Shown here piece by piece: positions 1-10,400 of a stretch of 64,000 bases of DNA. How positions within the stretch are numbered: the stretch's first letter is position 1; each line of letters starts with the position of its first letter. The translations under genes and the position numbers were made by a program. The DNA is taken from positions 416,001 to 480,000 of the forward strand of contig CAWFGE010000012.1 in assembly GCA_963815195.1 (NCBI GenBank), given 5' to 3'. A model generated the notes under the pieces. It did no database searches. It was not told the origin of the DNA and was given only the letters and a program-made list of their open reading frames with translations. The DNA comes from an uncultured Planctomycetaceae bacterium (lineage in GTDB: Bacteria > Planctomycetota > Planctomycetia > Planctomycetales > Planctomycetaceae).

Positions 1-958
1 GGCCGTTGGACGATCCGTGCCGCTCCTGCCATTCGCGGACATCGTCGAACAAATCCCGCTGCTGAAACCGCAACTCGTGGACCATCTGCTGGCCGTGGCG
101 GAGATCGTGATGCAACAGCAAACCCCGCCGGGAGCGGTCGTTGTAGAGTTTATTGAGGAGGAACTCGATCTGCCCGCTGGAAACCGACAATCCCAAATGA
201 TCCCCGGCGACGGCTTCCAGCGTGTGGGCCTCGTCCAAAACCACCACATCATAATCGGGAAGCAGATTCGCCCCCTCGCGGCGAAGAGCGAGGTCCGAAA
301 AGAACAGCGCGTGGTTCACCACCAGCAGATCCGCGTTCCACACCCGGCGGCGGGCCTGGTAATAGAAGCATTTTTGATAGGTCGGGCACCGCCGGCCCAG
401 GCAGTTGCCGTGCTCGCTTTGGACTTCGCTCCACACGGCCGGCTGCGGGCGGAACTCGAGATCGGATCGGCTGCCGTCGGTCGTGCGGCCGGCCCAGCGG
501 GCGATCTCGTCCAACTGCCGGATTTCCGCAGGCTCAGAAAACAACGCCACCGAGCGTTCCTGCGCCCCCTTCAGCCGCCGGAGGCTGATGTAATTCGACC
601 GCCCCTTGACCAGCACCGCGGAAAACTCCACCGGCAGCACCGCATTCAAGAACGGAATGTCCCGCTGAATGAGCTGCTCCTGCAGGCTGATGGTGTGGGT
701 CGAAATCACCAGCCGTTTGCGGTTTTCCTGTTTGCCTTCGGACTTGTTGTCGAGGACGGCCAGAATCGACGGGATCAGATAGGCGAAGCTCTTGCCCACG
801 CCGGTGCCGGCTTCCACGAGCAGATGCGAGCGGTTCGTGATGGCCCGCTCGACGGCCTCAGCCATCTCCAACTGCTCGGCGCGGTGTTCGTAATGCTCGA
901 GCCGCCGGGCGATCCGCCCGTCTGGTCCCAGCACCGAGCCAACGTTCAAATTCCCCAC
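1..958 (-). CDS. dinG: ATP-dependent DNA helicase, DinG/YoaA family (N-terminal part; runs off window edge)
   Basis: Manual translation of the minus strand (not in ORF track): VGNLNVGSVLGPDGRIARRLEHYEHRAEQLEMAEAVERAITNRSHLLVEAGTGVGKSFAYLIP...LVISTHTISLQEQL...LVKGRSNYISLRRL. Shows Q motif, Walker A and the DinG KGRxNY motif. GTG start with AGGA upstream. Confidence 0.9.
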   Translation of the reverse strand, partial: MGNLNVGSVLGPDGRIARRLEHYEHRAEQLEMAEAVERAITNRSHLLVEAGTGVGKSFAYLIPSILAVLDNKSEGKQENRKRLVISTHTISLQEQLIQRDIPFLNAVLPVEFSAVLVKGRSNYISLRRLKGAQERSVALFSEPAEIRQLDEIARWAGRTTDGSRSDLEFRPQPAVWSEVQSEHGNCLGRRCPTYQKCFYYQARRRVWNADLLVVNHALFFSDLALRREGANLLPDYDVVVLDEAHTLEAVAGDHLGLSVSSGQIEFLLNKLYNDRSRRGLLLHHDLRHGQQMVHELRFQQRDLFDDVREWQERHGSSNG

Positions 959-1109
959 CAGCGTTTTCCTGACTGCCGATTTTCTACACGGGCCGCGCGA
1001 AACAAAACGAATGCAAAGATGGATCCAAGCCCTCGATTATCATAGTCGATTGAAGCGCGAAATGGGCAGGGCAAACCGCCAGGGTCGCGACTAGCAGGGC
1101 CGTCGGCAT

Positions 1110-1142
1110 AAAAAAAGCCCGGCTCATGAAAATGAACCGGAC
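1110..1142 (-). terminator. Rho-independent terminator (minus strand)
   Basis: Minus strand reads GTCCGGTTCAT-TTTC-ATGAGCCGGGC-TTTTTTT: 11-bp stem whose two G-U pairs work only on this strand, followed by U7. Confidence 0.75.
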
Positions 1143-1513
1143 GATCAGCCGGATTGGAGTTCTTTATCGAAAATCGATTACCGATTGCCGGTGGTGCCGA
1201 CATCCGGCTTCCGCGTGGTTTGGGGCGCCTCGCCTCCGAACGAGGGATGTTGAAACGGCGACGGCGGGACGCTCACGACCTGGTCCTTCGCATGAATCTC
1301 CGACGCGATCAGGGCGGGACGGGTAGGAGGAAACGCAAAACCAACAGGCGGAGCATTTCACCGCTTGCGTTCGGTGCACAGGGCGGTTAGCCTTGCTTTT
1401 TCCCCAGAAAACCTCGTCTCTGCCCGCGAACAGACCGCTTCGTGTCTTTGTGGTAAAAACCGCGATGCAGAGCTGCGATTTTGACGAACAATGTTGATCG
1501 AGAATTCCACACC

Positions 1514-3211
1514 ATGAGTGAATACACCCAAGATGCCGATCGGTTGGACCGGGACCGGGAGATGATTGCCGATGCCCGCCGGCGCGGGATCGGGGCGAAA
1601 CTTTTGGCCTACACCAAACTCTCCGGCCCCGGCTGGCTGCAAAGCGCGATCACGCTGGGCGGCGGCTCGCTCGCGGGGAGCTTGTATCTCGGCGTTCTCG
1701 CCGGCTACAGCCTGATGTGGCTCCAGCCGCTCGCGATGATTCTGGGCATTGTGATGCTGAGCGCCATCGGCTATGTCGCCCTCTCCACCGGCGAGCGGCC
1801 GTTCCGGGCGATCAACCAGCACGTGAACCCCGTCCTCGGCTGGGGCTGGGCGATTGCGACCATGATGGCCAACCTCGTGTGGTGCATGCCCCAGTTCGCC
1901 CTCGGCACCGACGCCATTCGCAACAACCTCGCCCCCGAAATCTTGGGAAAAGAGGTGATGGGCGACGTACAGGCGAAGATCATTTGCGTGGGGATCCTCT
2001 TCGCCGTCGGCGTGACCATCGTCTGGTTCTACGATTCCGGGGCCAAGGGGGTGAAGATTTTTGAAGGGCTTTTGAAGCTGATGGTGGGCGTGGTCGTGGT
2101 GTCGTTCTTCGGCGTGGTCGTCAAAATGTCGCTCTCAGAAGGCGGCCTGCCTTGGGACGAAATCTTCGCCGGCTTTATCCCCGATCCCAATATGCTCTTT
2201 CAGCCGGCGGAGACTTTCCGCGAGCCGCTCGCCGCCACCGGGAAGTTCCGTGACTTCTGGACGGGCATCATCATGAACGATCAGCGGGACGTGATGATCA
2301 CCGCCGCCGCGACTGCGGTGGGCATCAACATGACGTTCCTCCTGCCGTATTCGATGCTCAAACGCGGCTGGGACCGGGACTTTCGGGGCCTCGCGATTTT
2401 CGACTTGTCCACGGGCCTGTTCGTGCCGTTCGTCCTGGCGACAAGCTGCGTCGTGCTCGCGGCCGCGACGCAGTTTCACGTCAAACCGGAATCGGGTTTG
2501 ATCGGAGTGGAAGGAGCCGAAGACCCCGGCCCCGGTGCCCGCAACGCGTTTTATGGAATATTGGATAGGCGGTTGAAAGCCCAAGTCGGCGACGAGACGT
2601 TTAAGAAAATGTCCGACAAAGACAAAGCCGCGGCCCGCGAGTCGCTGCCGATGGCGGACAAGAAAGTCGCCGCGATGCTGATTCGCCGGGACGCGTTCGA
2701 TCTCGCGAAATCGCTCCGCCCGCTCACCGGGGAAGGCGTGGCCCAATATGTGTTCGGCATCGGCGTGGTGGGCATGGCGATTTCCACGATCATTATTTTG
2801 ATGCTCATCAACGGCTTCGTCGTCTGCGAGATGCTCGGCCGGCCGTCCAACGTGACCATCCACCGCCTGGGCTGTCTCTTGGCGGGCGTGGTCGGAGCGG
2901 CCGGGCCCTTTGTGTGGGGCAATAAGGAAGCCCAGTTCTGGCTCGCGGTGCCCACGTCGGTGTTCGGCTTCGTGCTCTTGCCGATCGCCTACTCCACGTT
3001 CTTCTTGATGATGAACTCCAAGAATCTGCTCGGCGAGAACATCCCCCAAGGCGGCAAACGCTTGTTGTGGAACACGCTGATGGGCATCGCCGTCACCTTG
3101 GCCCTGTTGGGGAGCGCGTGGACGATCTGGAACAAAGCCGGCGTTTACGGCATCGCGGGTCTGGTGGCGTTTGCCCTGATCGTCATCCTCGGCCGCCGCA
3201 AGCAAAAGTGA
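1514..3211 (+). CDS. Divalent metal cation transporter, NRAMP/MntH-like family
   Basis: About 11 hydrophobic segments; SGPGWLQSAITLGGGS N-terminal motif and AVGINMTFLLPY; ATG at 1514 within ORF 1481..3211. Confidence 0.8.
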   Translation: MSEYTQDADRLDRDREMIADARRRGIGAKLLAYTKLSGPGWLQSAITLGGGSLAGSLYLGVLAGYSLMWLQPLAMILGIVMLSAIGYVALSTGERPFRAINQHVNPVLGWGWAIATMMANLVWCMPQFALGTDAIRNNLAPEILGKEVMGDVQAKIICVGILFAVGVTIVWFYDSGAKGVKIFEGLLKLMVGVVVVSFFGVVVKMSLSEGGLPWDEIFAGFIPDPNMLFQPAETFREPLAATGKFRDFWTGIIMNDQRDVMITAAATAVGINMTFLLPYSMLKRGWDRDFRGLAIFDLSTGLFVPFVLATSCVVLAAATQFHVKPESGLIGVEGAEDPGPGARNAFYGILDRRLKAQVGDETFKKMSDKDKAAARESLPMADKKVAAMLIRRDAFDLAKSLRPLTGEGVAQYVFGIGVVGMAISTIIILMLINGFVVCEMLGRPSNVTIHRLGCLLAGVVGAAGPFVWGNKEAQFWLAVPTSVFGFVLLPIAYSTFFLMMNSKNLLGENIPQGGKRLLWNTLMGIAVTLALLGSAWTIWNKAGVYGIAGLVAFALIVILGRRKQK

Positions 3212-3234
3212 GCGGCGGGGCGCTAGCTCCCGGT
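3208..3234 (+). repeat. REP-like element family E, copy 1 (GAGCxGCxGGGCGCTAGCxCCCGGT)
   Basis: Near-identical reverse-complement copy at 50320-50343; overlaps the NRAMP stop codon. Confidence 0.55.
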
Positions 3235-3256
3235 GTTGTTTTTGATTGGTTTCATT

Positions 3257-4483
3257 TCACCATTCCTTGGCCAACAGAATCATGATTCTGTGATACCTGG
3301 GAAGTTCTCCGCTTACGCGCGATTGCCGAATCTGCTCCTCGAGTCGTTGAATCTTGGTCCGCACATCCTGAAACCGCGAAGGCCATTCGGTGCGGTGGAG
3401 TTTCTCGAGCGTCTCTTGGGCGTTCTTAAATTCCCTCTCGTGGATTTGCGCTTCCGCGAGATGCAACAGGCCGTTCGGTTCCAGCGACCTGAGCTCGGCG
3501 ACCTGTTTCCATTGATCGATCGCGTCCGCCCAGCGGTTTTGTTGTTCGAGCATCTCCGCAAAGGCCTGGTGATGCTCGGCTTCGCTGGGGGCGGCTTCGA
3601 CGATCGTCGTCATCGCCCGCTCGGACAGCGCATCGTCCGTTTTCAACCGCTCGGCCAGCTTTTTGTAAAGCTCCAAATTGTGCCGATCCAAATCGACGAG
3701 AGCCAGCGTCTCCTCGATGGCTCCTTTTTGATCGTGAATCGCATCGTAGGCTGCGATCAGTTTTTTGTGCGTTTCCACATCCGAAGGCTTGAGAGCCAAG
3801 GCGATCCGGTATTGCTCGATGGCTTTTTTGTAGTCCCGGCGCTCGGCGTAAACCATGCCGATCCGCTCCCGAATGATCGGGCTGTCCTCGTGTTCGGTCT
3901 CGGCTTTGTTGTCGAGGGATTGGACGTACTCATCCAGGTCCTTGGCGTTCTTCAGAACGTACTCGAGCGAATCCAAAGTCGATTCCCGTTGATTGTAACT
4001 CGGGCCCCAGGCCACGATGGCCGCGGCGGCGGCATCGACGGCTTCTTTCGTCTGGCCGAGTCCCGAATAGGCCCGCGCCTGGTTGCTGTAGTAGTTGGAC
4101 AAGGTCCCTTGCCCGATGCCGCGGTTGGCAGCCGTGCGCTGATGGAGCGGAATCACCTCACCGTAATATTTCACGGCCGCCTTGAACAATTCATTGTCCA
4201 AACAGCTTTTGGCCAACAGCGCAATATTCGCTTCCGTCCAGCGGCCGGCCTGCCGGAAGTGGGCATCGGTGTCGGCGAGGAGCTTTTGAAGCTGCTCATC
4301 TCGGGAGGAATGCTTGTAGGCCGTCATCAGCCGCGTGCGGTATTCCATCACGTCCGGATGGCGGTCCACCAAGGGTTCCAGGATTGGAATGGACTCCGCG
4401 TACCGCTTTTGCTCGTGCAGATAATCGCACAACACGATCTGCTGCGACGCATCCAACAGGTGCTGCTGATGGGCGATCAACAA
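3257..4483 (-). CDS. TPR-repeat C-terminal fragment of the giant VIT/vWA protein
   Basis: TPR-like repeats (ERIGMVYAERRDYKKAIEQYRIALALKPSD; QAFAEMLEQQNRWADAIDQWKQVAELRS). No independent RBS or start; frame continues upstream after a 1-nt shift. Confidence 0.7.
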   Translation of the reverse strand: MLIAHQQHLLDASQQIVLCDYLHEQKRYAESIPILEPLVDRHPDVMEYRTRLMTAYKHSSRDEQLQKLLADTDAHFRQAGRWTEANIALLAKSCLDNELFKAAVKYYGEVIPLHQRTAANRGIGQGTLSNYYSNQARAYSGLGQTKEAVDAAAAAIVAWGPSYNQRESTLDSLEYVLKNAKDLDEYVQSLDNKAETEHEDSPIIRERIGMVYAERRDYKKAIEQYRIALALKPSDVETHKKLIAAYDAIHDQKGAIEETLALVDLDRHNLELYKKLAERLKTDDALSERAMTTIVEAAPSEAEHHQAFAEMLEQQNRWADAIDQWKQVAELRSLEPNGLLHLAEAQIHEREFKNAQETLEKLHRTEWPSRFQDVRTKIQRLEEQIRQSRVSGELPRYHRIMILLAKEW

Positions 4484-7400
4484 AATTTCGATCGCCCGGT
4501 CGTGGCGCCGAAGCCGTGGTAAAGATATTTGGCGATGTAGACGACGGACCGGCCGGAATCCCGGCGTTCTTTCAACACCTCCTCGGCCGCCTTCGCGAAG
4601 TCGCCGGCCTTTTCCTTCCAGAAATGATCGCCGTGATTCCGGTCATAGAAATACCGCCCGCGCTCGTGCCGGGTCCTGAGATCCCGGCGAAGCTCATCGA
4701 GCACGATCGCCAGAATCCGCGGATCCAGATCGCCGGCGTTGTGGTTTAACTCCTTATGCCAGGCCGACATCGAAGAAGCCAACTGCCGCCAAGCGCATCG
4801 CCAGGTGTATTCATACCGTTTGGGATAATTCTCGTAGCGCTCGATCGCAAACTGGAGGCGCCACGCGCGGCCCGATGAGGCTCCGCAGCGTCTCCGCGGT
4901 CTGGCTGATGAGGTTGTAGTCGTTGTTCGTCTGCTTCTTCAAAAGCCCGGGCAGTTCCTTGAAGGCGAACTTTTTGAGATCGTCTTCGTAAGCGAACTTT
5001 TTGTCCCTGGCCGTGCTGTAAACCTGCAGGAGGAGATAGATCGTCTGGTAGCCGAAGTTCTCATCCCGGCTTTGGGCGGCCTGTTTGAGCAGGTGCTTTT
5101 CGAGATTCTGATACAACGTTTCCCCGCTGCCGAGCGAGACGAGCCCCTCCTCTGCCAAGGCTCCGCGATAACAGCGGTTTTGGCGCTCCAGCATCCAATG
5201 TTTCTGAGTGGGGTTCAGCGGATGATCGATCTGGGCCGTCAAAACGTCCTCAGCCTCGGCGAAGCGTTTGGCGGATTCGAGCAGAGTGACGTACCCCTCG
5301 AAAGGCTCGTTGGCATGTGCCGGCCAGCCGTCGGGATGCGTTGGCTCGTATTCGCGGATCGCGTTTTGCATCACGTTCAGGCCTTCCTCTTTTTCGTTAT
5401 GCGACCAGAACAGAGCATGGGCCAGATGCCAGGCGACGAACAGCCGATCGTCGCTGCCGGGCTTCGTGAGCGTGTGCAGTTCGCGAAGCTCCCGCAGGCG
5501 TTCGGCGTTCAATTCCGCTTGTTGGATCGTGCCGAGCGAATCCAGAAGGTCGGCCATCTGGCGAACTTCCCCGTCGGCCCATTCCCGCTCAAACGCCCGC
5601 TTGAGTGCTCGGACCGCCGCTGCGATATGCGGCCCCGGTTGATTGAGGACTTCCGCAGACCGCCGTTCGATCATCGCCTCCAATAAATCGAGCGCCGGAG
5701 ATCCGCAGGCGATTCGCACCGGGCCCGGACTTCGCCGATTCGTTTGAGGATTTCATCCGCGGTCGCTTCGTTGTGGATTTCAAAAAGCAGGTTCGACTGC
5801 AGGTTCTTGAGGAACGGATAAATCTGCTGCGGCGTGCGGCCGGTGAGGGCGTCCGGGATCATCTCGAGCAGCCGGAAATCCCGGCAGGCCGTGTAGAACT
5901 CCCGCAGCTCGTAAACATAATTTTCGGGCTGGTTGCTCTTTTCGGAAGAGAGCCCGGAACGCGAACAGCACGTCTTCATCCAACTCCGCGGGCAGGGGCT
6001 GAGCGGTTTGATACCACGGCGTTCGCTTCCCGCGGATCCAGTTGGAGATCTGGTATTCCGGCATGGATTTGAAGACCTCCACCTTGGCCCGGCGGTAGTC
6101 GGCTTTCCGGTCCAGGGCCAGGTACCAGTTCGCCATGGCCGCGTCATCCGCGGGCGAGAGCTGCGACTCGCGCTCGACCGTTTCAAACAGCCGAATCGCC
6201 TCGGCGAGTTTTCCCCGCTCGGCCGACAACCGCCCGAGCGCCAACTGCCAGGGCGCGGGGAATGGATCGGTGCGAATCCACTCGGTCAATCGGCGTTCCA
6301 ATCCCTCCGGCTGATCGAGCGCGATCAACAACCCAAACTCGGCCCGCTTCCAGGGGGCGGCGGCATCGCCCTCGAACTTCAAACCCGCCGCGATGTATTT
6401 TTTCAACCGCGCGACAAGTTCCGCCGGTGCCGACCGCCGCACGGCGAGGTAATTCAATGTCACAAACGCCCGCTGCTTGCGGAGGTCTTCGATCAACCGC
6501 CGGCGGGCCGATTCCTGTTGGCGCTCATCGAACACCGGCTCCGCGGTTTTCTCCGGCTTGGGTTCATCGCCCAGCATGTCCCAGCAAACTTTCGCCGCCT
6601 GATCGAAATCTCGGCCGAGCTTCAAGTCCAGATCGACGCGTTCGAGCTTGATCCACCCGAGCAATTCCTCCCGAACGGCCGTTTCATCGCCGGAACGCTT
6701 TTCATCGGCTTTCGCATTCCAACCTTCGGCCAAGCGCTTGGCGACACCTTCGCGGGCGGCTTTTTGGAACCCGGCTTTCTTCTCCGCCAGTTCCGTGCGG
6801 GTCAGCTTTTCGGGATGGCCTTCGTCCTGGAGTTTTTTCAAATCGGCCTGATAGCGGGCCTCGAGCATGCGGTCCACGAAGCGATGCAGCGCATGGATCT
6901 GCACCGCCATGCGCTGCGACACGGTCGGAGCGGTCCAATAGGAATTGCCCGACAGCCGATCGATGAGCGAAAACGCCTCGGCTTCGTATTCCTCCCGCCA
7001 ATCGCGGGACAAGAGTTCGTCGAACAGAGCCTGGCGGTGCAGCGAAATATAATAGGGATCACCGGCTTTCTCGGCGCGGGCCAGCCGTTCCCGCAGGAAG
7101 GACAGCGATTCGACGTTCTCATAATGCCACTGCGGCGCGTAGATCTGCATCAGTGCATCGCCCAGTTGCTCCCGCTCGGTTGCCTCTTTCGCGGCCTTCC
7201 AGCGCTCGTGGAGCGTCTCGGCGATTTGTTTCCATTCGCCGGTGCTGAGTTCCTCGCGGCCCGAGAGCCAATTCACATAACTTGAGAGAAACCGGGCGGG
7301 CAGCGTGTCCGCGGAGGTTTTCAGCCGCCGGGCGACCTCGGCCATCACGCGGCCATATTCGTCGGAATCGCGGAAGCGGTCGTTGTCGATGATCCGCGAA

Positions 7401-10400
7401 GCGGTGTGAAAATAATACTTGTGATCCAAAAAGAACACCGCGGTCTCTTCCAAAGGCCCCAGCCACGCGGGATCAAGCCAGTCCATCGACACCCGATACC
7501 GCTGGCCCAGGGCGTAATCCACCGGCGCATTCAGCCGGGCCAAATCCGCCGGCTCCAACCGGCCGGGCACGCGGCCCGCTTTGAGCCAGGCTTTCGCGGT
7601 CTCGTCGGCATCGTCCGTGCGGTTGGCGAAGATCAACCCACTCAAGTACTGCTCGTAAGGCTGTGATCCCGCGGGGTCCGTTTCGATCCATTCCTTCAAA
7701 AACGCGACATAGTCCTCCTCACGGCCTTGCTGATACAGATGCTCGGCATAGGCCCCGCGGAGTTGCTGCGTTTCATACTCCTGCCGGTCGGGTTTCCGGG
7801 CGATCTCCTGCCGAAGCCATTTGTAGGCGGCCTCGTAGTCGCCCGCGTTGACTAAGTCCTGCGCATAAACCGTTTGCGCGGACGCATCCCAGGGAGCCGA
7901 CGCCGCGAGGTCTTTTTGCAGCTTCAAGACTTCTTCCGTCCGCCCGAGGCTGCGGAGAGTTTGGGCCCGGCGGGTTTTCCAACTTCGCTCGGCGTCCGCG
8001 GTTTTCGGCTGGCGATCGAACACCGGCCGCAGGCGATCCAAGAGCCTGAGTTGCTCGTTGGAATCGAGAATCTGACCCGCCCGGTCGAGCGCGGAATTCG
8101 CCAGGAACAGCTCATCCGCCGGCTTTGCGGAAACGATTCCGTCGGCGATGTTTTGAAACAGCAGCCGAGCCTCGTCGTAATGCCGGGCCCCGATCAACAC
8201 GGCCGCGCGGATCCACTTCAGCCCCGATTGCTGGGGACTCAATTCTTCCATCGCTTTGAGCTGTTTGAGCACCTCGTTCCATTTTTGAATGAGAGACGAG
8301 CGGAGCAAGAGCACCAGGCGGTCTTCAAAATCCGCCGAGCCGGCCGCGACGGCTTTCTCGGCATCGCGGAGCGAAGGCAGGGGCAGCGTAAGCAAGCGGA
8401 CCTCGTCGCGGTTCGGGAGTTCCTGATTAAAACGCTTTTCAAAGCCGGCGTCATCCAGGAGCTTGACCGTTTGGGTGCTGACCGAAGTCGGCCGCGATTT
8501 GTCGTCGAACGATTCCATTTTCCCCGGCCACCACACGCCGCCGACTTGGACGTAATCGCTGTATTTGGTGGAAGACGACGTTTTGCCGTGCGTTTGCCAG
8601 GCAAATTCCAGGATGACGTTCCGCTCGGTGTCGATGGTCACGACGATTTGCGAGTCGGTCTGGTCGCGGTAGGTCAACGTCAGCACCGCGCGGTCTTTCG
8701 CGGGGTGATCGACTTTGACATTGTAGTCCCGGTAGGTTTCGTGAAGACCCGTGACGGCATACAGCCGTTCGCCCGGATGGAAGGATTCCAGATCGCCGGG
8801 GAACGATTTGCGGACCCGGCCCAACTGGAACGCCCGCGACGCCACGCCTCGTTCTTTGGCGGTGCACCACGCGATGAGGGTTTGCGAGCCGGCCGATTGC
8901 GTGCCGTGCAGCCAGCGTTTCGGTGCAAAGAGTTGCCGAGTGTCCGATACGCCGGTCTCGCGGTCCCAGATCGAATCCCGGCTTTCCGCATGCTGGGCGA
9001 TTTCCAATCCGCCTGATTTCAAATCGAGAGGCTGAATGAGGTTCTGGGAAATCTCGAGCGCCTCGCCTGTCCACTTTGGTTTCTGCGGCATCTTTTTTCC
9101 CGGCGGATTGGGGAGCGCCGGAAAGAGTTGATCGATCCACTGCGTGTAGTAGTTGCTGTAATACGAGGACCGCGCCCCCCAACGTTCTCCGCCTCCCATC
9201 CCGCTGCGTTCAAAGAATTGAGAGGATGCAAGGTTTTCCTTGAGGTCTTTTTCTGTGCCGCCCAGGGACCAAAGGCTGGAACCATCGACGCCTGCGAACT
9301 TCCAACTCGACGCGGCCCGATCTTTCAGATCGACATCATCAATCCGTGGCTTCATTTCTTCACGAAGCTCTTCCCCGTCCCATGCCGTGGTTTCGTCCGC
9401 GGGTGTCGGATTGAAGATCGTCAAATCCCTTCCGAGAGATTCCCCGCTTTCGCTCGAACGGTGGTCTTCAATCGACTGGGTTTGACTGACAATCAGGCTT
9501 AATGACTGATTGAATTCGTTGATCTCACCGCCGCTGACGTTGGCCCAGCCGCCCATCCCGCCAGCGTCGCCGAGTTCCTCGCCGTGTGCAAAGTACGGCG
9601 TGCCGCTCATGGGCTGGTTCTGCGGGGGGCCGAAGGCCTGGGTTTGAAGGTGCTGGGTCAGGTGTTCGAACAGTTTGGAGCTTCGCCCCAACTGGGCAAA
9701 GCGGGCCAGGACATGCCGGCGAAGTCCCAACCGCCAATCGCCCGCGAGCTTCATCTGCTGTTGGAGGAGTTCCATGTGAGACTGGTCCTTGCCTTCCGCG
9801 AAGAAGCGTTCGCCGTCGCGCATTTCGTACCGCCGTTTGACGCCGAACCGCTCGCGGTCCGTATCGGATTCCAAGACCAACAGCGACGTGTAAGGCGTGA
9901 TGATGTGGAACTCCTCCGACAACGCGATGATCTGGTCTTTGATGAAGGAACTCTGCCCCTGGGCGAGGAGATGATCGAGATGGGCCCTTGCCCAGAGCCT
10001 GGGAATGAAGGAGTTCCCGGCCTCGGCGTTTGCCAGGTCAATCCGCGCGGCAAACTTCACCGGTTCGCCGTCGCGCTCGCCGCGGATGATGATCTCGCCG
10101 GATTGAGACTTGCCCTGCGGCAGATAGCGGCCGATCAAGATTTGCTGCGTGCCCGCGGCGAGGTTGGGCAGTTGCTCCGGATAAACCGCCGCGACCTGGA
10201 GGCCCCGAAACTCAACCTGCAAATCCCGCAGCCCCGGCTGGGCGATTTCGTTCAAGAGTTCAAACGCGGTCTTTTGCGGAGTCTGCTCGCCGCCGATGTG
10301 CCGCACCGAACCGCCGCCCACGCGGGCGACCGCTTTGAGCACGGCCGACTCGAAACTGTTCCCCACCGAGACCGCATGAAACGTGCCCCTGCGTTTTTTG

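Noticed and set aside
17..1045. 342-aa plus-strand ORF
   Set aside because: Antisense shadow of the DinG-like helicase, whose motifs are on the minus strand.
1065..1110. c-di-GMP-I-like AGGGCAAACC
   Set aside because: No following GNRA-capped stem or GACGCAAA motif.
1280..1330. TPP-riboswitch-like words (TACCCGT...CCTGATC...GCGAAGGA) on minus strand
   Set aside because: Lacks the CTGAGA and TAATGC elements; no thiamine gene downstream.
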